From positions 4,230 through 68,229 of the forward strand of contig JAZUNQ010000013.1 in assembly GCA_045604205.1 (NCBI GenBank): a stretch of 64,000 nucleotides of DNA. Reading direction: 5' to 3'. The stretch's first letter is position 1. Every line of letters begins with the position of its first letter. Below are positions 1 through 9,730 of the stretch, in pieces. The notes below the pieces were generated by a model. The model searched no databases, had not been told where the DNA came from, and saw nothing but the letters and a program-made list of their open reading frames with translations. Source of the stretch: Acutalibacteraceae bacterium. GTDB lineage: Bacteria; Bacillota; Clostridia; Oscillospirales; Acutalibacteraceae. The translations under genes were made by a program, and so were the position numbers.

Positions 1-93
1 CTTGGTGGTATTCAGGTTGAAATAGACGGCGAAAGTCTTGACGGAAGTATTAAAAACAACTTAAAACGTGCAAGGGAAGTGATTAGCGAATGA
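1..93 (+). CDS. atpH: F0F1 ATP synthase subunit delta, 3' fragment (5' end outside the window)
   Basis: The frame is open from the window edge and ends at TGA 91-93, overlapping the atpA start (ATGA). It lies directly upstream of atpA-G-D-C. Identity is inferred mainly from operon position. Confidence 0.6.
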   Translation, partial: LGGIQVEIDGESLDGSIKNNLKRAREVISE

Positions 94-1583
94 GCGACAA
101 ACAGCAAGAAATTAGCTATATTATAAAAGAGCAGATAAAAAACTATCGCTCACAGATTGAAATGAAAGAAACGGGCAGGGTAATACTTGTCGGTGACGGT
201 ATTGCACGTGTTTACGGCCTTACTAACTGTATGGCAAACGAACTGCTCGAGTTTGAAGACGGCTCTGCAGGTCTTGCACAAAATCTTGAGGAAGACACCG
301 TTTCGGTTGCCGTTCTTTCGGATGATAACAATATTCGTGAGGGTACTGTTGTACGTCGTACAGGCAAGGTTTTGTCGGTTCCTGTTGGCGAAAAAATGCT
401 CGGTCGTGTTGTAAACGCATTGGGCGAACCGATTGACGGCAAGGGACCCATTGAATATAGCGGATGGGGTCCAATCGAAGCCGAGGCCCCCGGTATTATT
501 GAGCGTAAGGGCGTATCGGTTCCGCTTCAGACAGGTATTAAGGCGATTGACAGTATGATACCAATCGGTCGTGGTCAGCGTGAGCTTATTATCGGTGACC
601 GTCAGACAGGTAAAACCGAAATTGCCATTGATACAATTATTAATCAAAAAGACACCGGTGTTTTATGTATTTACGTAGCCATCGGTCAAAAAAATACGTC
701 GGTTGTAAGCCTTGTTAACAACCTTACAAAAGCAGGCGCTATGGACTATACAATCGTAGTTTCTGCATCTGCGTCCGAGAGTGCACCACTTCAGTATATA
801 GCCCCATACTCAGGTTGCGCTATGGCTGAATATTTCAGAGCACAGGGTAAAGATGTTCTTATAATTTATGATGATTTGAGTAAACACGCAGTAGCATACC
901 GTGCACTGTCGTTGCTTATCCGTCGTCCACCCGGCCGTGAAGCATACCCCGGTGACGTATTCTATCTGCACTCACGTCTGCTTGAACGTGCTGCTTGTGT
1001 AGCGCCAGAGTACGGCGGCGGTTCTATTACGGCACTGCCTATTATTGAAACACAGGCGGGTGACGTTTCGGCATATATTCCTACCAACGTAATTTCTATT
1101 ACCGACGGTCAGATATTCCTTGAAACCGAGCTTTTCCATGCGGGCATTATGCCGGCTATCAACCCGGGTATCTCGGTAAGCCGTGTTGGTGGTTCTGCAC
1201 AGAAAAAGAGTATGAAAAAGGTTTCGGGCGAGCTTAAACTTTTATATTCACAGTATCGTGAGCTTCAGGCATTTGCTCAGTTTGGTAGTGACCTTGACGC
1301 CGACACAAAGGCACGCTTGGCACTTGGTGAGCGTATTGTTGAAGTGTTAAAGCAAAACCGTAACAGCCCAATATCTGTTGGCTGTCAGGTTGCAATAATC
1401 TATGCCGTAACAAAGGGTTGGCTTGATACGGTGGCAGTATCAGACGTTCACAAGTTTGAGGAGCGTTTGTTTGAAAAACTTCAAAATCAGAAACCGCAGT
1501 TGCTTCAGCGTTTTGAAGACGGTTATTTTGAGGATGAGGACATAGCCTCTTTGGAAGAAACACTCCGTGAAATGACGAGGTGA
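90..1583 (+). CDS. atpA: F0F1 ATP synthase subunit alpha
   Basis: 497 aa with Walker A GDRQTGKT. Resembles F1-alpha over its full length and sits in the expected operon context. Confidence 0.97.
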   Translation: MSDKQQEISYIIKEQIKNYRSQIEMKETGRVILVGDGIARVYGLTNCMANELLEFEDGSAGLAQNLEEDTVSVAVLSDDNNIREGTVVRRTGKVLSVPVGEKMLGRVVNALGEPIDGKGPIEYSGWGPIEAEAPGIIERKGVSVPLQTGIKAIDSMIPIGRGQRELIIGDRQTGKTEIAIDTIINQKDTGVLCIYVAIGQKNTSVVSLVNNLTKAGAMDYTIVVSASASESAPLQYIAPYSGCAMAEYFRAQGKDVLIIYDDLSKHAVAYRALSLLIRRPPGREAYPGDVFYLHSRLLERAACVAPEYGGGSITALPIIETQAGDVSAYIPTNVISITDGQIFLETELFHAGIMPAINPGISVSRVGGSAQKKSMKKVSGELKLLYSQYRELQAFAQFGSDLDADTKARLALGERIVEVLKQNRNSPISVGCQVAIIYAVTKGWLDTVAVSDVHKFEERLFEKLQNQKPQLLQRFEDGYFEDEDIASLEETLREMTR

Positions 1584-1588
1584 GGTAG

Positions 1589-2392
1589 ATGTCAGGTAAC
1601 ACCAAAACGCTAAAATTGCGTATAAAAAGCGTTGACTCGACACTGCATCTTACCAAAGCAATGGGGCTTGTGGCATCGTCTAAAATGCGAAAGGCAAATC
1701 TTGCAATGAATGCCGGTCGTCAGTATGAATCGGCCGTGCAAAACGTTGTTGATTTGCTGACTGCCGTGCCCGAGTGCCAAAACAGTCCGTTTATGCGTGA
1801 AGGCTCGGGGGACAAAACCAAGCTTATTGTAATTGCCGGTGACCGTGGTCTTGCAGGCGGATACAACGCAAACGTTTTTCGTATCGTGCGTGAAATGGAC
1901 GAAGCCGAGATTATACCCATTGGCAAACGTGCTTGCGAAAGATACGGCAAGGATATAGTGTCCAGCGAAAAGTTTTATGCGGCAGATGCCTTTAAGTTAG
2001 CAAAAGAGTTGTGTGAGCAGTTTATTAGCGGCGAGTTTGACCGCCTTGGAATAGTTACAACCAACTATGTTTCAATGATGACTCAAACTCCTGTTGTTAA
2101 GTGGGTATTGCCACTTAAAAGGTCAGAAAACACCCAAACTACTGCGGCAGTTTTTGAACCCGATGAACGCACAATTCTTGACATAGCCGTTCCCGAATAT
2201 CTTTCGGGCGTAATCGTTGCCTGTGTTAGAGAAAGCTTTGCAAGCGAGGTTGCCGCACGACGTATGGCTATGGATTCGGCAGGCAAAAATGCACAGGAAA
2301 TGATTGACGAATTAATGTTAGAGTACAACCGTGCACGTCAGGGTGCAATTACCCAAGAAATAACAGAAATTGTTGCCGGAGCAGGCAACTAA
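1589..2392 (+). CDS. atpG: F0F1 ATP synthase subunit gamma
   Basis: 267 aa, located between alpha and beta. Has a gamma-type C-terminal helix (ARQGAITQEITEIVAGA) and the RBS GAGGTGAGG upstream. Confidence 0.92.
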   Translation: MSGNTKTLKLRIKSVDSTLHLTKAMGLVASSKMRKANLAMNAGRQYESAVQNVVDLLTAVPECQNSPFMREGSGDKTKLIVIAGDRGLAGGYNANVFRIVREMDEAEIIPIGKRACERYGKDIVSSEKFYAADAFKLAKELCEQFISGEFDRLGIVTTNYVSMMTQTPVVKWVLPLKRSENTQTTAAVFEPDERTILDIAVPEYLSGVIVACVRESFASEVAARRMAMDSAGKNAQEMIDELMLEYNRARQGAITQEITEIVAGAGN

Positions 2393-2414
2393 TGCACAAT
2401 GCATTTAGGAGTGA

Positions 2415-3820
<1,406 letters not shown>

Positions 3821-3821
<1 letters not shown>

Positions 3822-4081
3822 TGAACACCTATAATCTTATTATCTCTACCCCCGACGGCAGTGTCTTTGACGGTGAGACAACGGCACTTATTGTGCGTGG
3901 CACCGAGGGCGAGCTTGCCGTAATGGCAGGGCACATACCTTTTATAACCGCTGTAAAACCGGGCGAGTGTAAACTTGTTCTGCCCGACGAAAGTGAAAAA
4001 ATCGCTACCATTGGCGGCGGAATTCTTACCGTTCAAAACGATAAAACCACACTGCTCTGCAGTGATTTTAAATGGAACTAA
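3821..4081 (+). CDS. atpC: F0F1 ATP synthase subunit epsilon, beta-sandwich domain only
   Basis: 86 aa. The start overlaps the atpD stop (TAATG). Sequence is epsilon N-domain-like (AGHIPFITAVKPGE...GGGILTV). The ORF stops at the domain boundary and is followed at once by a terminator. Confidence 0.85.
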
Positions 4082-4082
4082 C

Positions 4083-4112
4083 AAAAAGCACGGCAAACCG
4101 CCGTGCTTTTTT
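4083..4112 (+). terminator. Rho-independent terminator of the atp operon
   Basis: Stem GCACGGC-aaacc-GCCGTGC followed by TTTTTT. Confidence 0.8.
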
Positions 4113-4123
4113 AATGCACAATT

Positions 4124-4241
4124 CTCAGCGCCCCTTGTTAAAGGGAAGATTCCCTCACAGTGTGAGGGAAATGTCACGAAGTGACAAAGGGAGACGGCTC
4201 TGTCAGAGGGGACCACGCCTTGCGTGGTGAGGGGATTTCAC
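4124..4241. repeat. 118-bp GC-rich block of five tandem mini-hairpins, bounded by the 11-bp direct repeat AATGCACAATT (4113-4123 and 4242-4252)
   Basis: Hairpins are CCCTT/AAGGG, CCCTCAC/GTGAGGG, GTCAC/GTGAC, CTC/GAG and CCACGC/GCGTGG. AGGGA-type words recur every 19-23 nt. No ORF is present. Confidence 0.6.
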
Positions 4242-4295
4242 AATGCACAATTAATAAAACAAAAGCACTCATCATAGTAATATGAAGGGTGCTTT

Positions 4296-4511
4296 TTATG
4301 TGTTAATTTCTTTATTATTTGTCCTACCAAGAATATAGTCGGTAGATACTTTGTAAAAATCAGCAAGCTTAATTAAATGTTCAAGCGGAATATTTTGATA
4401 ACCACGTTCATATCTTGAGTAAACCGTTTGCTTAATACCCAAAAAATCGGCAACGTCAGACTGTCGCAAATCACAGTCCTCTCTCAAATCCTTTAGCCTA
4501 TGAAAAAACAT
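4296..4511 (-). CDS. XRE-family helix-turn-helix transcriptional regulator
   Basis: HTH_3-like core (LRQSDVADFLGIKQTVYSRYERGYQNIPLEHLIKLADFYKVSTDYILG). I prefer the ATG at 4511, which has the RBS AAGGGTG, over the longer track ORF starting at 4556. Confidence 0.8.
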   Translation of the reverse strand: MFFHRLKDLREDCDLRQSDVADFLGIKQTVYSRYERGYQNIPLEHLIKLADFYKVSTDYILGRTNNKEINT

Positions 4512-4543
4512 TATATCACCCTTTTTAGTATCTATCGGTACTA

Positions 4544-4571
4544 TTGACATTAACACAAAAAATGATATAAT
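4544..4571 (+). promoter_or_regulatory. SigA-type promoter for the 4618 surface-protein gene
   Basis: TTGACA (4544-4549), a 16-nt spacer, then TATAAT (4566-4571), with a TG-extended -10 (TGATATAAT). Confidence 0.55.
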
Positions 4572-4579
4572 ATATACTG

Positions 4580-4599
4580 TTAGTACTTATAAGTACTAA
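4580..4599. promoter_or_regulatory. Perfect 20-bp palindrome, candidate operator
   Basis: TTAGTACTTATAAGTACTAA is its own reverse complement. It lies between the -10 element and the RBS of the 4618 gene, in the region shared with the divergent XRE gene. Confidence 0.5.
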
Positions 4600-4617
4600 A
4601 ACAAGGAGGTTTTAAAA

Positions 4618-6372
4618 ATGAAAAAACTTTTATCATTAACATTGGCATTGGCAATAGCATGTATAATAATATGTCCTATCTCTCTTAGGACTTATGCTGT
4701 TACGTATTATACAGAGGGCAACTATCAGTATATAATTGTTGGACAAACTTCACAAATAACTTCAGTAAATTTTTATATTTCAGGAGATGTTTCTATTCCA
4801 AATAAGTTGGGCGGATTTAAAGTTGGCAGTATAGGGCAAGAAGCCTTTGCACACTGTAGTAAAATTACAAGTATAATAATTCCTGATACGATCACAAGTA
4901 TTTACAAAGGTGCTTTTTTAGATTGTGAGAATTTAAAAAGTATAACTTTTGGTAGTAATGTAACTTTTATCGCTTCGGATATATTTGAAGAGTGTTCGTC
5001 ATTGACTGATATTTACTATAGCGGAACTATAGCGGATAAAAATATGATTAATATTGCTTCTAATAATGAAATACTCTTGAATGCAAAATGGCATTTTTTA
5101 TTGTGTGAAAATTATGACCACAGATATGATGATAATTGTGATGAAAAATGTAATATTTGTGATAAAATGCGTACGGCACCACATTATTACGAATGGGTAG
5201 TTGATAGAGAAAATGATTGTGGTAATAATGGCATTAAACATAAAGAGTGTATAGTTTGTAACAAAAAAGAAAGTGAAAATACACAGATACCTGCAACTGG
5301 AAACCATAGTTACAATAATAACTGTGACACTATATGTAATAAATGTGGTGCGGTAAGAGAAATAACACACATATATAATAACAGTTGCGATAGAGATTGT
5401 AATATTTGTGGAACATCACGTACACCAAGTGACCATGTTTATAACAATGCCTGTGATTCTAATTGTAATATTTGTGGTGAAGTACGCACAGTACCCGAAC
5501 ACGAATATGACGATTATTTTGATGGTACGTGTAATATATGTGGTGAGTCACGTGACATCTATACTTGGGAGATAGTTGTCGATGATACAGGTGTCTATAA
5601 CATAACACCAAACATAGCGCTGGATTATTTTAATAAAGACAGTATAGTTATTGTTGATAAGAGTGGTGCCACAGTTAAATATAACGAGTCTAAATGCGGT
5701 TGGCCACTAGTTGAAAACAAAAGATATATGCTGATACCTAATTTTGAAGTTGAAGATTATGTATCTTTGCGTTGGAACTTGATTAAAAAAGCAGACACAA
5801 TCTTCCCTGATACATCTGCAAGTGGTTGGTATAACGATGCCGTAACCTATGCTGTGGGTGCAGGAATAATGGGCGGCTATAATAATGGTAAGTTTGGCAC
5901 AAGTGACAGCATTCAGCGACAAGATTTTCTTGTAATGCTTGCCCGTCTTGACGGAGTAAATCTTGACAATTATAAATACAAATCAAGTTTCCCCGACGTA
6001 GCAAGAAACAGCTACTATGAAGCCGCAGTAAACTGGGGTGCAGAAAACGGCATTGTTACAGGTTACCAAAACGGTAAGTTCGGCGTTGGTGATAAAGTTA
6101 CCCGTGAACAGCTTGTTACCTTCCTTTACAGATATGCTAAATACAAGGATTATGATTATAGTTATACAAACAACCGTGAAACAGTAGTATCAGGTCAGTA
6201 TAAAGACTTTAAAAAGGTATCCGGCTTTGCAAAGCAGCCTATCCTTTGGGCAATTGAAAAGGGAGTAATCAGCGGTAAAACTAATACAACCATTGTTCCC
6301 CAAGGCAACGCACAAAGATGCGAGGTTGCAAAGATTATGTATAACATATATCTAAACGACATCTTTAAATAA
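4618..6372 (+). CDS. Secreted cell-surface protein: signal peptide, BspA-type leucine-rich repeats, Cys-rich C-D-x2-C-N-x-C-G repeats, three C-terminal SLH domains
   Basis: 584 aa. The N-terminus is hydrophobic (MKKLLSLTLALAIACIIICP). LRR_5-like units are present (IPDTITSIYKGAFLDCENLKSITF). SLH-like units include FPDTSASGWYNDAVTYAVGAGIMGGY and FPDVARNSYYEAAVNWGAENGIVTGY. RBS AAGGAGG. Confidence 0.8.
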   Translation: MKKLLSLTLALAIACIIICPISLRTYAVTYYTEGNYQYIIVGQTSQITSVNFYISGDVSIPNKLGGFKVGSIGQEAFAHCSKITSIIIPDTITSIYKGAFLDCENLKSITFGSNVTFIASDIFEECSSLTDIYYSGTIADKNMINIASNNEILLNAKWHFLLCENYDHRYDDNCDEKCNICDKMRTAPHYYEWVVDRENDCGNNGIKHKECIVCNKKESENTQIPATGNHSYNNNCDTICNKCGAVREITHIYNNSCDRDCNICGTSRTPSDHVYNNACDSNCNICGEVRTVPEHEYDDYFDGTCNICGESRDIYTWEIVVDDTGVYNITPNIALDYFNKDSIVIVDKSGATVKYNESKCGWPLVENKRYMLIPNFEVEDYVSLRWNLIKKADTIFPDTSASGWYNDAVTYAVGAGIMGGYNNGKFGTSDSIQRQDFLVMLARLDGVNLDNYKYKSSFPDVARNSYYEAAVNWGAENGIVTGYQNGKFGVGDKVTREQLVTFLYRYAKYKDYDYSYTNNRETVVSGQYKDFKKVSGFAKQPILWAIEKGVISGKTNTTIVPQGNAQRCEVAKIMYNIYLNDIFK

Positions 6373-6375
6373 TGC

Positions 6376-6410
6376 AAAAAGCAGTCTTTTTTGACTGCTT
6401 TTTATTTTTT
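6376..6410 (+). terminator. Rho-independent terminator
   Basis: Stem GCAGTC-tttttt-GACTGC followed by a T-run. Confidence 0.7.
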
Positions 6411-6492
6411 TAAAAAACAGGCAAAAAATGTATTTAAAAATATTAATTAATATGATATAATATACATAACTACAAAATTTGGATGTGAGTAT

Positions 6493-7449
6493 ATGAAAAC
6501 CGATTGCACAATTGAACTGTCACGAATTGTTAAAGAATTTTCTTTAGAGGTTTTAAATATGCCTGAAGGCGAGGTTTTGGTGTCCTCTACCGAAACCAGT
6601 CGCCCCGGTTTGCACCTTGCAGGGTATTACGAATATTTTGACCCCAAAAGAATACAAATTCTTGGCATGAACGAGATTGGATTTTTGCAGGGCTTTGACG
6701 AGACCGAAAAGGTAAGACGTGTTGACGAATTTTTTGCTAAAAATCCCGTCGCAGTTATAATTGCACGCAATCTTGCTGATGATAATATATATGCCGAGAC
6801 TGCTAAAAAGCACAACGTTCCACTTTTAGTTAGCAAAAATTCAACCTCTGATTTCGAGGCGGCGCTTATTGCATTTTTAAATTTGCAATTGGCTCCACGC
6901 ATTACACGTCATGGTGTTTTGGTCGAGGTTTACGGTGAGGGTATTTTACTTTTGGGTGAAAGCGGCGTTGGTAAAAGTGAAACAGCTATCGAGCTTGTAA
7001 AACGTGGCCACCGTCTTATTGCCGACGATGCGGTAGAAATTCGTCGTGTGTCAAGCAAGTCGCTTGTTGGCACAGCACCCGACAACATACGTCATTTTAT
7101 TGAGCTTCGTGGCATAGGAATTATTAATGCAAGCCGTATTTTTGGTGCGGGTGCTGTAAAATTAACCGAAAAAATCGACCTTGTTATCAATATGGAACAA
7201 TGGGATGCCAGCAAAAACTATGACCGTATGGGACTTGAAACCCAAAAGACCGAAATATTAGGTCTTGAAATTCCGTCGCTTACAATTCCGGTAAAGCCGG
7301 GTCGTAACTTGGCGGTAATTATCGAGGTTGCGGCTATGAACAGCCGACAGAAAAAGCTTGGTTATAATGCGGCAGAGGATTTGCTTAACCGTCTTGGTAT
7401 GAATGACGATTTTGGTAAAGCAGAAGAAACCAACGTAAAACCATTTTAA
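6493..7449 (+). CDS. hprK: HPr kinase/phosphorylase
   Basis: 318 aa with the P-loop GESGVGKSE and the HprK signature region LIADDAVEI...IELRGIGIINA. Confidence 0.93.
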   Translation: MKTDCTIELSRIVKEFSLEVLNMPEGEVLVSSTETSRPGLHLAGYYEYFDPKRIQILGMNEIGFLQGFDETEKVRRVDEFFAKNPVAVIIARNLADDNIYAETAKKHNVPLLVSKNSTSDFEAALIAFLNLQLAPRITRHGVLVEVYGEGILLLGESGVGKSETAIELVKRGHRLIADDAVEIRRVSSKSLVGTAPDNIRHFIELRGIGIINASRIFGAGAVKLTEKIDLVINMEQWDASKNYDRMGLETQKTEILGLEIPSLTIPVKPGRNLAVIIEVAAMNSRQKKLGYNAAEDLLNRLGMNDDFGKAEETNVKPF

Positions 7450-7475
7450 TTGAATAAAAATTTAGGAGAAAAATT

Positions 7476-8429
7476 ATGTATAAATTAGGTATAGATTTAG
7501 GCGGTACAAATATAGTTGCAGGTGTGGTTGACCACAAGTACAGAATAGTTGCAACTGCTAAAAGAAAAACAAATCTTCCACGCCCTGCCGAAGAAATAGT
7601 TGACGATATTGTTGCGGCGGCTTTTGAAGCGATAGAGAGCGCAGGCATTACCATTGATGACATAAGCGGCTTTGGTATAGGTTGCCCCGGTTCTATTGAT
7701 CACGAAACGGGCAGTGTGCCATACTCTAACAATCTTGAGTTTTACGATCTGCCACTCGCTGATATGCTTTTTGAAAAAACAGGTAAAAAGTTTTACGTAG
7801 AAAACGATGCCAATGCGGCGGCTTACGGTGAATATATAGCAGGCGCCGGCAAGGGTACTAAAAACTTTATTGCCATTACACTTGGCACCGGTGTTGGCGG
7901 CGGTATTATTATTGACGGTAAAATTTATTCGGGCTCTAACGGCGCCGGCGGTGAGCTTGGTCACACCGTTATACAAATGGGCGGTCAGGCTTGCACCTGC
8001 GGTCGTTTTGGTTGCTGGGAGACATATGCTTCTGCTACCGCTCTTGTTCGTCAGACCAAACAGGCTATGATGCGTTATAAGAGCAGCAGAATGTGGGATA
8101 TATGTGAAGGCAATATTGAAAATGCAAACGGCAGAACAGCATTTAAGGCAAAACGCCTTGGCGACCGTGTAGGCGCTATGGTGGTTGACGAATATATTCG
8201 TTACGTGGCAGTTGGCATTGCAAACGTGCTCGACATTTTCCAACCCGACGTTATATGTATTGGCGGCGGTGTTTCAAAAGAGGGCGAATATCTTACCGAC
8301 CCTATAAATGAATACGTAGAAGGCGAAAATTATGCTCGCCATATGAAGACAAAAACCGTTATTAAAACTGCCGACCTTGGCAACGATGCAGGTATTATTG
8401 GTGCGGCATATCTTTGCAATTTACACTAA
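7476..8429 (+). CDS. glcK: ROK-family glucokinase
   Basis: 317 aa with N-terminal GIDLGGTNIVAG and the ROK Zn motif CTCGRFGCWE. Confidence 0.85.
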   Translation: MYKLGIDLGGTNIVAGVVDHKYRIVATAKRKTNLPRPAEEIVDDIVAAAFEAIESAGITIDDISGFGIGCPGSIDHETGSVPYSNNLEFYDLPLADMLFEKTGKKFYVENDANAAAYGEYIAGAGKGTKNFIAITLGTGVGGGIIIDGKIYSGSNGAGGELGHTVIQMGGQACTCGRFGCWETYASATALVRQTKQAMMRYKSSRMWDICEGNIENANGRTAFKAKRLGDRVGAMVVDEYIRYVAVGIANVLDIFQPDVICIGGGVSKEGEYLTDPINEYVEGENYARHMKTKTVIKTADLGNDAGIIGAAYLCNLH

Positions 8430-8443
8430 AATTAGGTGATTTT

Positions 8444-9349
8444 ATGATGCTTGATAATCTGTTTAGCAGATTAGATGAGTTAAAAATTGAATATGTAAAA
8501 AACGAGCCGATGAGTCGACACACCACCTTTAAAATAGGCGGAAACGCTGATGTGTTGGTTAAGGTTAAATCAACAGATGAGTTAAAAAAAGTTCTTGCTT
8601 TAACCAAAGAATCGTCTGTGCCATATTTCGTTTTGGGCAAGGGTTCAAACCTTTTAGTATCTGACAATGGTATTGAAGGCGTAGTAATTAGCCTTGATGG
8701 TCTTGACGGTGTAAAAATTGACTCAGGCACCGTAATTTGCGGAGCGGGGGCAAGTCTGCGCAGTGTGTGTCTTGCTTGTCAAAAGGCATCGCTTTCGGGG
8801 CTTGAGTTTGCTTATGGCATACCGGGTACCGTGGGAGGAGCGCTTTATATGAATGCAGGCGCATACGGCGGCGAGATGTCGCAGGTTGTCGTGTCGGCTA
8901 CTGCAATAGACCAAAACGGAAACGAAAAGGAGCTTTCCTTATCGGATATGCAACTTGGTTACAGAACAAGCGTGTTTAAAAGCAGTTGCCTTATTATTAC
9001 AGGGGTTGTTTTTAAGCTTAAGCACGGTAACAGTGAGGATATTAAAGCGGCTATGGATGACTTTTTTGCCCGTCGCAAAGATAAGCAACCGCTTGAATAC
9101 CCAAGTGCAGGCAGTACCTTTAAGCGACCCGAGGGTTACTTTGCAGGGGCGCTTATTGAACAAAACAAATTAAAGGGTGTGTCGGTTGGCGGCGCCGAGG
9201 TAAGCAAAAAACACGCAGGCTTTGTTATAAACAAAGGCGGGGCCAGTTGTAGTGACGTGTTAGCGCTTATTGAAAAGGTTCAAAACGTTGTAAAGCAAGC
9301 AGACGGAGTCACACTTGAGCCAGAGGTTATATTTGTAGGAAGAAAGTAA
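8444..9349 (+). CDS. murB: UDP-N-acetylenolpyruvoylglucosamine reductase
   Basis: MurB-like FAD-binding and C-terminal domains (HTTFKIGGNADV, AGSTFKRP). The ATG at 8444 follows the RBS AGGTGA and clears the glcK stop, so the track ORF start at 8414 is rejected. Confidence 0.92.
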   Translation: MMLDNLFSRLDELKIEYVKNEPMSRHTTFKIGGNADVLVKVKSTDELKKVLALTKESSVPYFVLGKGSNLLVSDNGIEGVVISLDGLDGVKIDSGTVICGAGASLRSVCLACQKASLSGLEFAYGIPGTVGGALYMNAGAYGGEMSQVVVSATAIDQNGNEKELSLSDMQLGYRTSVFKSSCLIITGVVFKLKHGNSEDIKAAMDDFFARRKDKQPLEYPSAGSTFKRPEGYFAGALIEQNKLKGVSVGGAEVSKKHAGFVINKGGASCSDVLALIEKVQNVVKQADGVTLEPEVIFVGRK

Positions 9350-9353
9350 TTAA

Positions 9354-9728
9354 ATGAAAATAGAGTGCAGATCCTTTGGATTTAAAAATGGGGCAGATGC
9401 GCATGCAGATTTCGTTTTCGATGTGCGCTGTCTGCCCAATCCTTTTTACATAGAAGATTTAAAACACAAAACGGGAATGGACAAGTTAGTTCGTGATTAT
9501 GTTTTAGATTCAGACCAGAGTAAAGAATATCTTGAAAAGATATTTAATCTGCTTATGGTCGTAATACCCGTTAAGGAGAAATACGGCATAGAAAAAATGA
9601 CGGTATCATTTGGTTGCACGGGCGGACATCACCGTTCGGTTACGTTTGCGATAACCATTTGCGAAATGCTTAAGCAAAACGGATTTAACGCTTACTGTGT
9701 TCACCGTGATATTGAAAAAGAGGATTGA
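9354..9728 (+). CDS. rapZ: RapZ/YvcJ C-terminal domain only (the P-loop N-domain is absent)
   Basis: 124 aa, alignable to the RapZ CTD (SFGFKNG...FVFDVRCLPNPFY...FGCTGGHHRSV). Starts 4 nt after the murB stop and has its own RBS GGAAGAAAG. Confidence 0.8.
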   Translation: MKIECRSFGFKNGADAHADFVFDVRCLPNPFYIEDLKHKTGMDKLVRDYVLDSDQSKEYLEKIFNLLMVVIPVKEKYGIEKMTVSFGCTGGHHRSVTFAITICEMLKQNGFNAYCVHRDIEKED

Positions 9729-9730
9729 GT

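Noticed and set aside
150-647. The track lists a 165-aa minus-strand ORF inside atpA. Many similar antisense or alternate-frame ORFs appear throughout the track (for example 7497-8243, 14623-15135, 52468-53145 and 36667-37092).
   Set aside because: They lie wholly inside strongly supported, motif-bearing genes on the other strand or frame. They have skewed composition (Cys/Thr/Asn/Phe-rich) and no RBS. They are typical shadow ORFs.
9354-9728. The short rapZ read as a simple frameshifted pseudogene.
   Set aside because: No N-domain coding remnant can exist upstream because the murB stop is 4 nt away. The ORF has its own RBS and an intact, overlapping junction with whiA. I kept it as a domain-only gene and flagged it for checking.
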